Below, in pieces: positions 1-8,522 of a DNA stretch of 27,890 nucleotides (position 1 is its first letter; every line of letters begins with the position of its first letter). The notes beneath the pieces were generated by a model. It ran no database searches. It saw nothing but the letters and a program-made list of their open reading frames with translations, and was not told the origin of the DNA. Position numbers and translations under genes: made by a program. Where the stretch lies: positions 1 through 27,890 of the IMG/VR virus record IMGVR_UViG_3300033067_002223. One strand, written 5' to 3'. Source of the stretch: a virus (Duplodnaviria; Caudoviricetes).

Positions 1-249
1 ATCGAGATCGCGCCCATCCCCTCCGACCCGGTGCAGCGCGCCGTCTGGACGCTGCAGAAGGCCCGCGCCGAGCAGGAGGCGTCGGGGCTGTCGCGGGCGG
101 ACTGGCTCAACGCCCTCCGCAGCCACATGGAGGCCGAGATCGAGGCGCTGAAGATGGCCAACGGCACCCACTGGATTCAGCGGAGCAAGGAACTCCTGCA
201 CGAGATGGGGCTGCCCGTCCCCAGCCCTTCGAGCAGGGGCACGCCATGA
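1..249 (+). CDS. Hypothetical phage protein, probably 5'-truncated
   Basis: Frame is open from base 1 (GTG at 31 is only the first start in the window); GC-rich third positions; stop overlaps the next ATG (ATGA 246-249). Confidence 0.65.
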   Translation: MEIAPIPSDPVQRAVWTLQKARAEQEASGLSRADWLNALRSHMEAEIEALKMANGTHWIQRSKELLHEMGLPVPSPSSRGTP

Positions 250-458
250 GCCGCCTTTCATCGAAGCAGCGCCGGGCTGCCTGGCGCCGTCATGGCTACG
301 GCGCCGCGATGGCGGACGCGTCCCGGTCGCCCGACGCCTACCTGGACCTGCTCGGGGCAGACGCCCGTCGTCTTCAGGACGCCAGCCACGCCCAGAAGCT
401 CCGGGCCCTTTGCGATCACATGTACTGGCTCTACTGCTGCGCCGGGGTGGGTCGATGA
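246..458 (+). CDS. Hypothetical protein, 70 aa
   Basis: ATGA overlaps with neighbouring genes at both ends (246-249 and 455-458). Confidence 0.65.
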   Translation: MSRLSSKQRRAAWRRHGYGAAMADASRSPDAYLDLLGADARRLQDASHAQKLRALCDHMYWLYCCAGVGR

Positions 459-1729
459 GCGCGCCCTACCCCTACCTCCCCCAGGTCATCGCCCGCCTGT
501 CGGACGCCCGCTTGGCCATCGTGGGCAAGGAGCTGCGCCGGCGGACGGCGGAGATCCAGGGCTACCTGACCTTCGCGCTCGGGTACTGCGCCACCCACGC
601 CCAGGATGGCATCTTCCGCGCTGGCGCCGCCGGGCACACCGCCGAGGACGTCTTTGAGTCGGCGGTGGGTTGGTCCGGGCGCGCCTCCCTGGCGGCCACC
701 CTGAAGGCCCACGGCCTCCTGCTGGCCGTCGACGGCGGCGTGAAGCTGGCGTGGTGGGACGAGGACCAGGCCCCCAAGGTCGCAGCCCTGGAGCGCGAGC
801 GCGCCCGGAAAGCCGAGGGCCGGGCCGGGAAGAAGCGCGGAGCCCCCAAGGAAGGTCCGCGCCCCGTCCGCGCCCCGTCCCCAGACGCTCCGGGGACTGT
901 CCGCGCCAAAGAGAAAGAGTCAGAGGAAGAAAGAGAAGAAGACAAACAGCAACAGCAGGGGGCTGGCGCCCCGGTCGTTGCTCTCCAAACGCCTTCACCG
1001 ACCGCCGGACAGTCCAAGGACGCTCCGCCGCCCGTCCAGGGAACGCCCACGGAACCGGCGCGGACGCTCCCGGGACAGTCCGCGGACGCACCCCGCCCGG
1101 CCCTCGCCCTGGTGCCGCCCGACGCTGCCACCCAGAAGCCCGCCAAGACGCCCAGAAAGCCCAGGAACGCCGACCTGAGCCCCGTGGAGGCCGCCGTCTT
1201 CGACTCCTGGCGCGAGACGTGGCAGCTCGGGCCCCTGTGGGTGATGAACAAAGAGCGCCGCGAGGTCATCGCGGCGCGCCTCGCGGAGCGAAAGCAGGAC
1301 GGCACACCGACCTTCACCCCGGGCGACCTGGTGGACGCCGTGCGCGGCTCGAGGCTCGACACCTGGGAGAAGCGCCCGGAGAACATCGACCTGAAGCAAC
1401 TCCTGAAGTCCAGCAACGTAGCGCGATTCGCGGACTGGCACCGGAAGCACGCCAAGACCAGCGGCGCCGCCCGACCCGCCCCCGCCTGCGCGGCCTGCGG
1501 TGCCCCCGCCGGCGCCGGCAGCGTCTGGGGTGTGGAGCTCTGCGACGCCCACGCCCGTGAGGCCACCGCCGATGAGGCCACGGGCTCCAAGGGGTGGCTC
1601 GAGCGCCGCGGCCTGCTCAGACCCACGGCCCCTCCGGGCCCCCTCCCTCCCCTGCCCGGCAAGCCGCCGGCCGACCCCTCCATGCCACGCAGCACCCACA
1701 CCCAAGCCGTTCACCTGGAGCAAGCATGA
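455..1729 (+). CDS. Putative replication initiator (lambda O-like/replisome organiser), 424 aa, with C-terminal CxxC...CxxH motif
   Basis: Start reassigned to ATG 455 (ATGA coupling). N-terminal domain ends in [11 protein letters not shown]; the low-complexity middle is encoded by iteron-like repeats; C-terminal helical domain (VFDSW...[10 protein letters not shown]...DLVDAV...DLKQLLK) resembles those of phage initiators. Confidence 0.7.
   Translation: MSAPYPYLPQVIARLSDARLAIVGKELRRRTAEIQGYLTFALGYCATHAQDGIFRAGAAGHTAEDVFESAVGWSGRASLAATLKAHGLLLAVDGGVKLAWWDEDQAPKVAALERERARKAEGRAGKKRGAPKEGPRPVRAPSPDAPGTVRAKEKESEEEREEDKQQQQGAGAPVVALQTPSPTAGQSKDAPPPVQGTPTEPARTLPGQSADAPRPALALVPPDAATQKPAKTPRKPRNADLSPVEAAVFDSWRETWQLGPLWVMNKERREVIAARLAERKQDGTPTFTPGDLVDAVRGSRLDTWEKRPENIDLKQLLKSSNVARFADWHRKHAKTSGAARPAPACAACGAPAGAGSVWGVELCDAHAREATADEATGSKGWLERRGLLRPTAPPGPLPPLPGKPPADPSMPRSTHTQAVHLEQA
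844..909. repeat. Iteron-like array 1: six 11-bp units
   Basis: CCCCAAGGAAG, GTCCGCGCCCC, GTCCGCGCCCC, GTCCCCAGACG, CTCCGGGGACT, GTCCGCGCCAA read contiguously in the sequence. Confidence 0.75.
1001..1088. repeat. Iteron-like array 2: eight 11-bp units, consensus GTCCnnGGACn
   Basis: ACCGCCGGACA, GTCCAAGGACG, CTCCGCCGCCC, GTCCAGGGAAC, GCCCACGGAAC, CGGCGCGGACG, CTCCCGGGACA, GTCCGCGGACG read contiguously. Confidence 0.8.
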
Positions 1730-4059
1730 CCACGCAGTCCCCCTCCCTCACCGCCCGCTACTGGACCCAGCCCGGCACCACCGCCAAGCAGGTGGCTGAT
1801 GCCATCGCCTGGGATCGGCGCACCGCCATCATCACCGGAGACGACGGCAAGCCGGTCTTCGAGCAGCACGACGTCGAGGTGCCCAAGGCCTGGAGCGCCA
1901 TGGCCACCAACGTGGTCGCCAGCAAGTATTTCCGCGGCGCCCCGGGCACCCCCGAGCGCGAGAACAGCGTCCGGCAGCTGGTGGCCCGGGTGGTGGACAC
2001 CCTCACCAAATGGGGTGTCCAGCGCGGGCACCTCAATAGCGTGGAGGAGGCCGTCACCTTCGAGGCGGAGCTGACCCACCTGCTGCTGACCCAGAAGGCG
2101 GCGTTCAACTCGCCCGTGTGGTTCAACCTGGGCGTCGCCGACGTGGCCCAGCAGGGCTCGGCGTGCTTCCTCACCAGCGCGGACGACACGATGGAGAGCA
2201 TCATGGAGCTCGCCACCGCCGAGGCCATGATCTTCAAGGGCGGCAGCGGCTCCGGCGTGAACCTCTCGCGCATCCGGGGCAGCAAGGAGCTGCTGAGCGG
2301 CGGTGGGCGCGCCTCGGGCCCGGTGTCCTTCATGCGCGGGCTCAACGCCTTCGCGGGCGCCGTGAAGAGCGGCGGCCGCAACCGGCGCGCCGCCAAGATG
2401 GTGCGGCTGGACGTCGACCACCCGGACATCCTCGAGTTCATCCGCTGCAAGGTCGTGGAGGAGAAGAAGGCCCACGCGCTCATCGAGGCCGGCTACTCCG
2501 GCGCTTTCAACGCTGACGGCGGCGCCTACGACTCGGTCCAGTTCCAGAACGCCAACAACAGCGTGGGCGTGCCGGACGAGTTCATGCAGGCCGTGGTCGA
2601 CGACGGCGTGTGGCGCACCACCTCGCGCACCTCCGGCGAGGTCATGGAGGAGATGAGCGCCCGCGCGGTCTTCCGTGAGATTGCCGAGGCCGCATGGTTC
2701 TGCGGCTGCCCGGGCCTCCACTTCGACACCACGCTCAACACCTGGCACACGGTGCCCAACAGCGGGCGCATCCGAACCTCCAACCCCTGCAGCGAGCACG
2801 TCCACCTGGACGACACCGCCTGCAACCTGGCCAGCCTCAACCTGATGGCCTTCCGGCTGCCCTTCGGCGGCCTGGACATCGCGGCGTTCCAGCACGCGGT
2901 GCGGCTGCTCATCCTGGCGCAGGAGATCATCGTCGGGCCGGCGGACTACCCCACCGAGAAGATTGCCAAGGCCACCCGTGCCTTCCGGCCGCTGGGCCTG
3001 GGGTACGCCAACCTGGGCGCGCTCCTGATGAGCGAGGGCCTGCCCTACGACTCCGACGCCGGCCGCGAGATGGCCGCCAGCATCACCGCCCTGATGACCG
3101 GCGAGGCCTACGCCATGAGCGCCGAGATCGCCGGGCGCATCGGGGCCTTCGAGGGCTTCGCGCTCAACCGCGAGCCGATGCTGGCCGTCATCGCTAAGCA
3201 CATGCACGCCGCCAGCCTGCTGCCCAACCGCGGCGAGGCCCGGCTGGAGCAGGCCGCCCGGGATGCCTGGGTGCGCGCCGGTGACCTCGGCACGACCCAC
3301 GGCTTCCGCAACAGCCAGGTCACGGTGCTGGCGCCCACCGGGACCATCTCCTTCATGATGGACTGCGACACCACGGGCATTGAGCCTGACCTGGCGCTGG
3401 TCAAGCACAAGAAGCTGGTGGGCGGCGGCTCGCTCAAGCTCGTCAACGGCACCGTCGGCGAGGCCCTGGAGAACCTGGGCTACGCCCCCGCCGAGGTCGA
3501 GGCCATCAAGGCCTACGTGGACCAGTGGGAGACCATCGAGGGCGCTCCGCACCTGAAGTCCGAGCACCTGCCGGTCTTCGACTGCGCGTTCAGGCCGGTC
3601 TACGGGACTCGAACCATTACGCCCCGCGGCCACCTGCTGATGATGGCGGCGGTCCAGCCGTTCCTGTCGGGCGCCATCTCCAAGACGGTGAACCTCCCCG
3701 AGACGGCCACCGTGGAGGATGTGGAGCAGACCTACATGGAGGCCTGGCGCCTGGGCCTGAAGGCGGTGGCCCTCTACCGCGACGGCTGCAAGCGCAGCCA
3801 GCCGCTCAGCGCCGGCACCAAGAAGGCTGAGGCCATCACCGTCAAGGTCGAACTGCCCGAGGGCTCGCACCTCATCGGGCAGACGGGCCGGACGCCACTG
3901 GAGGCGCTGGTGGGCGCCAAGGTGCTCAGCGCCCCGTCGCTGCTGGCCGCTCCGGAGGTCCATAGCGTGCCCTGCTCCGGGTGCGGTGTTCCGGCGCTCG
4001 TGCCCGCCGGCGCCTGCCACCGCTGCACCAACTGCGGCGCCACGACCGGGTGCGGGTGA
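1726..4059 (+). CDS. nrdJ: Class II (adenosylcobalamin-dependent) ribonucleotide reductase, 777 aa
   Basis: ATG 1726 overlaps the previous stop. Motifs [31 protein letters not shown] (radical Cys, 2782-2796), [27 protein letters not shown], and a C-terminal Cys cluster ending GCG. Confidence 0.96.
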   Translation: MTTQSPSLTARYWTQPGTTAKQVADAIAWDRRTAIITGDDGKPVFEQHDVEVPKAWSAMATNVVASKYFRGAPGTPERENSVRQLVARVVDTLTKWGVQRGHLNSVEEAVTFEAELTHLLLTQKAAFNSPVWFNLGVADVAQQGSACFLTSADDTMESIMELATAEAMIFKGGSGSGVNLSRIRGSKELLSGGGRASGPVSFMRGLNAFAGAVKSGGRNRRAAKMVRLDVDHPDILEFIRCKVVEEKKAHALIEAGYSGAFNADGGAYDSVQFQNANNSVGVPDEFMQAVVDDGVWRTTSRTSGEVMEEMSARAVFREIAEAAWFCGCPGLHFDTTLNTWHTVPNSGRIRTSNPCSEHVHLDDTACNLASLNLMAFRLPFGGLDIAAFQHAVRLLILAQEIIVGPADYPTEKIAKATRAFRPLGLGYANLGALLMSEGLPYDSDAGREMAASITALMTGEAYAMSAEIAGRIGAFEGFALNREPMLAVIAKHMHAASLLPNRGEARLEQAARDAWVRAGDLGTTHGFRNSQVTVLAPTGTISFMMDCDTTGIEPDLALVKHKKLVGGGSLKLVNGTVGEALENLGYAPAEVEAIKAYVDQWETIEGAPHLKSEHLPVFDCAFRPVYGTRTITPRGHLLMMAAVQPFLSGAISKTVNLPETATVEDVEQTYMEAWRLGLKAVALYRDGCKRSQPLSAGTKKAEAITVKVELPEGSHLIGQTGRTPLEALVGAKVLSAPSLLAAPEVHSVPCSGCGVPALVPAGACHRCTNCGATTGCG

Positions 4060-4682
4060 TGAACGCCCCCGCCGACGACCGCGTGGAGTACGAGCGGCCG
4101 CAGACCCGCGGGGATTGCCTGCCGGGTGGCATCAACGCTGCCCGGCCGTGCCCGTGGGTGTCCTGCCGCTACCACCTGGCGCTCCACATCAGCCCCACCA
4201 GCGGAGAGGTGACCCTCTCCCTGCCGGCGGTGGCCGAGGGCGACCTGGGTGGCCTGTCGCAGACCTGCGCCCTGGACGTGGCAGACGAGGGGCCGCAGAT
4301 CCTCGAGGTGGTGGCGGGCTACATCCAGGGCCTGACCCGGGAGCGCATCCGCCAGATCGAGGTGAAGGCGCTGCGCCGCTTCCGCCGCGCCATCCCTCAC
4401 CAGGCCCCCGACCTGACACCCGACCACCTGCCGATCCCGGCACAGAAGGGGACCACCGAGCGGGCCAGGCAGACCCTGGTGAGCGCGGCGCTGGCCTGGG
4501 CGCGCACCCAGAAGGAGCCCTGGCGCACCCGGGTCATGGCCAAAGCCCTCAACCTGCGCTCCATCCCCGCCAACAACCTGGCTGCCCTCCTCTATTGGGC
4601 GGGCCGCCTCACCCGCGCCCAGGGCCCCGACGGGCGCTGGACCTACAGCATTCCGACCCCCACCAAGCAGGAGGCCGCCTGA
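4059..4682 (+). CDS. Sigma70 region-4-like HTH protein with Cys/His-rich N-terminus and C-terminal winged helix, 207 aa
   Basis: LTRERIRQIEVKALRRFR matches RpoD region 4.2; preceded by RPQTRGDC...RPCPWVSCRYHL...TCALDVA; no region 2 recognised; TGATG coupling at both ends. Confidence 0.8.
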   Translation: MNAPADDRVEYERPQTRGDCLPGGINAARPCPWVSCRYHLALHISPTSGEVTLSLPAVAEGDLGGLSQTCALDVADEGPQILEVVAGYIQGLTRERIRQIEVKALRRFRRAIPHQAPDLTPDHLPIPAQKGTTERARQTLVSAALAWARTQKEPWRTRVMAKALNLRSIPANNLAALLYWAGRLTRAQGPDGRWTYSIPTPTKQEAA

Positions 4683-5308
4683 TGCGCGTCATTGACCTGG
4701 AGCAGCTCCGCCCTCACCCGCAGGACGCCGCGGAGCTGGCGTGGTTCTTCAACGAGAGCGAGGGGGCGATGGGCGTGCGCTCCAACTTCGGGAGCATGAA
4801 GGCCCGACTCGAGGCCCCGATGTCGCACAGCGGCGTGGTGGCCACCGAGATGGACGAGCGGCAGGTGGAGGCCGCCAGCCGCGCCCGGCTCGTCCGCCGC
4901 TCCCTGGAGGGCATCGCCCCGGAGCACCGGGACACCCTCCGGGCCGCCTACACCGCCCGGCGGCACACCCCGGAGCGCCCGGACCCCCTGAAGCGGTACC
5001 GCGACCTGGCGGGGCTGGTGGAGCACAGCCCCGAGACGGCGCGCATCCACAAGGGCGCCCGGAGCGCCCGCCCGCTGCTGGCGTGGCTGGAGCGCATCGC
5101 CCGCCCGGGCGCCAGCCTGACAGCCCGGACGCTCCACAACGAGGTGACCCGGGCCGCCGAGTGCCAGCTGGCCCAGGCTGCCCGGGCCTACGCCCACAGT
5201 CGTAAGGCGGTGCTGGCCGGGCTCCGGGAGCGGGCGCGCCGGCAGGCTGAGGCCCAGCAACTGGCGGTCGAAGTGCTGTTCAACAAGAGCGCCGGGAGGA
5301 CCGGATAA
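4682..5308 (+). CDS. Hypothetical protein, possible late-gene regulator (Q/RinA-like position), 208 aa
   Basis: SD GGAGG upstream and TGATG coupling. Last gene of the coupled early run before the packaging genes; LVRRSLEGIAPEHRDTLRAAY resembles helices of Q/sigma-4-like regulators. Function is inferred. Confidence 0.5.
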   Translation: MRVIDLEQLRPHPQDAAELAWFFNESEGAMGVRSNFGSMKARLEAPMSHSGVVATEMDERQVEAASRARLVRRSLEGIAPEHRDTLRAAYTARRHTPERPDPLKRYRDLAGLVEHSPETARIHKGARSARPLLAWLERIARPGASLTARTLHNEVTRAAECQLAQAARAYAHSRKAVLAGLRERARRQAEAQQLAVEVLFNKSAGRTG

Positions 5309-5372
5309 ACGCAACGTTTCAGGATGTGCTTGAGGGCCGCGCCCAGCAGCGCCGCCTGAGCCGGAGGCGCCG

Positions 5373-5567
5373 ATGACCCAAGCCCGATGCGCGCCGTCCA
5401 AGCCCTGCCACCGGGCGACCCCGTGCGCGAGCTGCGGCGGGGAGGTGGCCTGCATGCGGCCCCTGGGGCACCTCGGGGACTGCCGGGGTACCTGCCACAC
5501 CTGGACCGCCGCGGGCTTCCCGGAGGCCCGTCCGGCGTGGAGCGACCCAAAGGAGAAGAAGCGATGA
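5373..5567 (+). CDS. Small Cys/His-rich protein, 64 aa
   Basis: GGAGG SD at 5363-5367; 7 Cys including CASC; stop overlaps the terS ATG (ATGA). Confidence 0.6.
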   Translation: MTQARCAPSKPCHRATPCASCGGEVACMRPLGHLGDCRGTCHTWTAAGFPEARPAWSDPKEKKR

Positions 5568-6157
5568 CCAAGCCCAAGAAGCCCACTGGGGGCAGTGGCG
5601 AAGACGTGGCCAAGAAGTACCCCAACCTCCGCCCCTTCAAGCCGGGGGAGTCGGGGAACATCAACGGGTTCAACGGGCTGGGCGGCGCCATCCGGGAGGT
5701 GTTCGGCAAGGACGGGCGCAGCCTGGCCGAGTTCGCCCGGGCGCTCATCGCGGGTGACCCCCTGCCGGGGCCGCTGGCGCGCAAGGTGCGCCTGAAGGAC
5801 GCCCTGGCCGACAAGGACCGGCTGTGGGTGGTGGCCCGCGTCGAGGAGCGCGTGGCCATGTTCAAGATCATCGCCGAGCAGGGCTGGGGCAAGCCCAAGC
5901 AGGACATCCGCATCGAGCCCACGGACCAGGCCCAGACGGTGGACCTGTCGCGCCTGTCCGACGCCGAGCTGGCCACCTTCGAGACGCTGCTTACCAAGGC
6001 GGCCCGCCCGCCCGAGCCCGTGGTCGACGCCGAGGCGGAGGAATTGGCCCCGCCGGCGCCCGTGGTGACCCGCACGCTACCCGTGAGCAGCGTGGTGACC
6101 GTCGAGCCGCCGCCCTTCGTGTTCGAGGACGACCCCAAGGAGCCCCAGACGCCATGA
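5564..6157 (+). CDS. terS: Terminase small subunit, 197 aa
   Basis: NLRPFKPGESGN motif (DUF5681-like) and VDLSRLSDAEL segment; SD AAGGAG; directly upstream of and coupled to terL. Confidence 0.8.
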   Translation: MTKPKKPTGGSGEDVAKKYPNLRPFKPGESGNINGFNGLGGAIREVFGKDGRSLAEFARALIAGDPLPGPLARKVRLKDALADKDRLWVVARVEERVAMFKIIAEQGWGKPKQDIRIEPTDQAQTVDLSRLSDAELATFETLLTKAARPPEPVVDAEAEELAPPAPVVTRTLPVSSVVTVEPPPFVFEDDPKEPQTP

Positions 6158-7737
6158 ACGCCCCCGCCCTGTCTCCCATTGTCGCAGCCGCCACCCTGCT
6201 CCGGGTCCGGGCCGAGCGGGCCCGCCGGCGGCTGAGCGAGTTCGTGCGCCAGGGCTGGCATGTGCTCGAGCCCGGTACGCCGCTGGTGTGGACCTGGCCC
6301 ATGCAGGTCATCTGCGACCACATCCAGGCGGTGCTGGAGGAGTGGGCGGCGGCCCGGAAGGAGGGACGGCGACACCGCTTCCAGAACGTGGTGGTGAGCG
6401 TGCCGCCGGGCAGCGGCAAGAGCCGGCTGATCAGCGTGTTCACGGTGGCCTGGTGGTGGCTGCACCACCCGGACTGGCGGGTCATCTGTCTGTCAGCCAA
6501 CCCCCGCGTCGCCATCCGCGACAGCATCTACTGCCGCGACGTGGTGCGCTCGGACTGGTACCAGCAGACCTTCCGGCCCCTCTGGAAGACCTCGAGCGAG
6601 GGCGCGGAGTCGGTGCTGGACTGGGAGCTCACCAAGGACCAGGACGCCAAGAGCCTCTTCAAGAACACCAAGGGCGGCTTCCGCATGGCCCTGGGTGTGG
6701 GCGCCAAGGTGACGGGCGACCGCGCCGACGCGCTGCTGGTGGACGACCCGGACGACGCCCAGCACGTCCACAGCTCCGCCGCCCGGGAGGCTGTCCACCG
6801 CTGGTGGGACAGCGCTGCGGGCAACCGCCTCAACGACCTGCGCTATGGCGTGCGCCTGGGCATCCAGCAGCGGCTCCACGAGGCCGACTGGACCGGGCAC
6901 ATCCTGGCGTCGGGGCAGTGGCACCAGGTGGTCATGCAGCAGGAGTTCGAGCCGGGCTTCGCCAAGCCGACCTTCCTGGGTTGGAGCGACCCGCGCACGG
7001 TGCCCGGCGAGCTGCTGTTCCCCGAGCGCTTCCCGGCGGCGGTGCTGGAGGCGGAGAAGGTGCGCCTGGGCGCCGCGGGCTACGCGGCCCAGCACCAGCA
7101 GCGGCCCACGCCCGCCGGCGGCCGCACCTTCAAGTCGAGCTGGTGGCGCTTCTGGCGCCTGGCCCACTGGGACTGCCCCGAGGAATACAAGGACCGCTGC
7201 GTGGTGCTGCCCGAGGTCTTCGACGACGTGATCCAGAGCTGGGACATGGCCTTCAAGGACCACGATGACAGCGACTTCGTGGTGGGGCAGGTCTGGGCCA
7301 AGAAGGCCGCCGACCGCTTCTTGCTGGACCAGGACCGGGGACGCATGGACGCGCCCAAGAGCGCGGCCGCCGTGGAGCGCATGACCGTGAAGTGGCCGGC
7401 AGCGCGCCGGAAACTGGTGGAGGGCAAGGCCAATGGCCCGGCCGTCATCCAGATGCTCCGCAATAAGGTGTCCGGCCTCATCGAGGTCGAGCCCGAGGGC
7501 GGCAAGGAGGCCCGGGCGGCAGGCATGGCGCCAGCAGTGGAGAGCGGGAACTACTACCTGCCCCTCCCCACCCAGCGCCCCTGGGTGAAGGACTTTCTGG
7601 CCGAGGCTGACGCCTTCCCGGGCGGCGCCAACGACGACCAAATCGACACGGCCACCCAGGCCGACGCCCACTTCAACAAGAGCCCGTCGCTCCGGTTCAC
7701 CCAGCAGCCGGGCCAGTACGGCGCCCGCCGGATGTGA
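6154..7737 (+). CDS. terL: Terminase large subunit, 527 aa
   Basis: Walker A VPPGSGKS, Walker B LLVDD, nuclease motifs QSWDMAFK, SDFVVGQVW and DDQIDT. Confidence 0.96.
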   Translation: MNAPALSPIVAAATLLRVRAERARRRLSEFVRQGWHVLEPGTPLVWTWPMQVICDHIQAVLEEWAAARKEGRRHRFQNVVVSVPPGSGKSRLISVFTVAWWWLHHPDWRVICLSANPRVAIRDSIYCRDVVRSDWYQQTFRPLWKTSSEGAESVLDWELTKDQDAKSLFKNTKGGFRMALGVGAKVTGDRADALLVDDPDDAQHVHSSAAREAVHRWWDSAAGNRLNDLRYGVRLGIQQRLHEADWTGHILASGQWHQVVMQQEFEPGFAKPTFLGWSDPRTVPGELLFPERFPAAVLEAEKVRLGAAGYAAQHQQRPTPAGGRTFKSSWWRFWRLAHWDCPEEYKDRCVVLPEVFDDVIQSWDMAFKDHDDSDFVVGQVWAKKAADRFLLDQDRGRMDAPKSAAAVERMTVKWPAARRKLVEGKANGPAVIQMLRNKVSGLIEVEPEGGKEARAAGMAPAVESGNYYLPLPTQRPWVKDFLAEADAFPGGANDDQIDTATQADAHFNKSPSLRFTQQPGQYGARRM

Positions 7738-7804
7738 CACCGGCCCACGGCGGCTAAATTGTGCGGCACCTGCTCACCTGTTCAGATGAAGCACCGGAGG
7801 CACC

Positions 7805-8014
7805 ATGCAACTGAAGGCGGCATACAGCGTTCCCGAGTTGGCCGAGATGAGCGGGCTCCAGGTGGACCGCGTGCGGCGAATGCTCGTCTCCAACGGGGTC
7901 AAGACCGAGCGCAACGGCCGGGTCATCGTGGTCTACCTCTCCCAGATCAAGCGGGCGATGCCCGACCTATGGGAGAGCATCCTTGACCGGCTGGCGCTCA
8001 CCCAAGCCGCCTGA
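7805..8014 (+). CDS. Small HTH DNA-binding protein (excisionase/MerR-like winged HTH), 69 aa
   Basis: Strong GGAGG SD; YSVPELAEMSGLQVDRVRRML helix-turn-helix followed by a beta wing (TERNGRVIVVY). Confidence 0.7.
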   Translation: MQLKAAYSVPELAEMSGLQVDRVRRMLVSNGVKTERNGRVIVVYLSQIKRAMPDLWESILDRLALTQAA

Positions 8015-8050
8015 AGCCGTGGCACACTGAACACAAAGGCAGGGGGCGCG

Positions 8051-8407
8051 ATGACCGGCAAGACGGTGGACCCGAAGGTCACCCAGCGGTTCTGGGCGAA
8101 GGTCTATTACGGGCGCGAGTGCTGGACCTGGAAGGGCGCGATGAACCGGCGCCTGGGGTACGGCTTCTTCTGGATGGACGGCAAGAACATCGGGGCCCAC
8201 CGGGCCGCCTGGATGATCACCAAGGGCCCCATCCCGCCCCACGCCGAGGTCATGCACACCTGCGACAACCCCGGGTGTGTTCGCCCCGAACACCTGCGCC
8301 TCGGCAGCCACGCGGCCAACATGCAGGACATGGTCAACAAAGGCCGTGGAACGCCTCGCAAGACCCCAGAGGAGCGCGCTTTGTCGGCCATCCTCAAGGC
8401 GGGCTGA
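8051..8407 (+). CDS. HNH endonuclease (homing-endonuclease type), 118 aa
   Basis: RFWAKV...CWTWKG...GYG...AHRAAW...VMHTCDNPGCVRPEHL...NMQDMVNKGR. Confidence 0.92.
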   Translation: MTGKTVDPKVTQRFWAKVYYGRECWTWKGAMNRRLGYGFFWMDGKNIGAHRAAWMITKGPIPPHAEVMHTCDNPGCVRPEHLRLGSHAANMQDMVNKGRGTPRKTPEERALSAILKAG

Positions 8408-8412
8408 AAAAG

Positions 8413-8522
8413 ACTTCGCGCATCTCGCGCGTCTCGCGCAAAAACGAGTTTCCTAAGGGATTAGGAGGGCAGCACGCGGGCGGTGCCACCACGGCGCGCC
8501 CAAGCGTCACCCTCCAACCCCT
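8413..8522 (+). promoter_or_regulatory. Structured intergenic leader of the head operon
   Basis: Three tandem 9-mers (8413-8439), inverted repeat TCCTAA-GGGA-TTAGGA (8451-8466), and an alternative long stem 8461-8517. Function inferred. Confidence 0.5.

Noticed and set aside
844-1088. Possible CRISPR or mini-array
   Set aside because: Units are 11 bp, contiguous and degenerate with no spacers; no cas genes; better explained as iterons.
1594-1725. Upstream extensions given by the ORF track for nrdJ (also starts 410, 3981, 3986, 5387, 5824, 19527)
   Set aside because: They overlap upstream genes extensively; downstream ATGs with stop/start coupling or SD sequences fit better.
1711-4020. 769-aa minus-strand ORF, and similar long antisense ORFs (6493-7740, 8394-9920, 17093-19285, 20150-22360, 23867-25306)
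   Set aside because: They shadow well-supported plus-strand genes; high-GC codon bias removes antisense stops; no recognisable motifs.
4470-4682. Z-alpha (Z-DNA-binding) domain in the C-terminal winged helix
   Set aside because: The recognition-helix N-x3-Y and wing PP-x-W signature is not matched; only a generic winged helix is supportable.
7787-7796. TGAAGCACCG shared with the spacer after the tube gene (about 19754)
   Set aside because: Only two copies in different contexts; compatible with chance.
7738-8522. Group I intron or intein carrying the HNH gene
   Set aside because: terL ends with a complete nuclease domain and the portal appears intact; the HNH is free-standing; no intein motifs seen in TerL or NrdJ.
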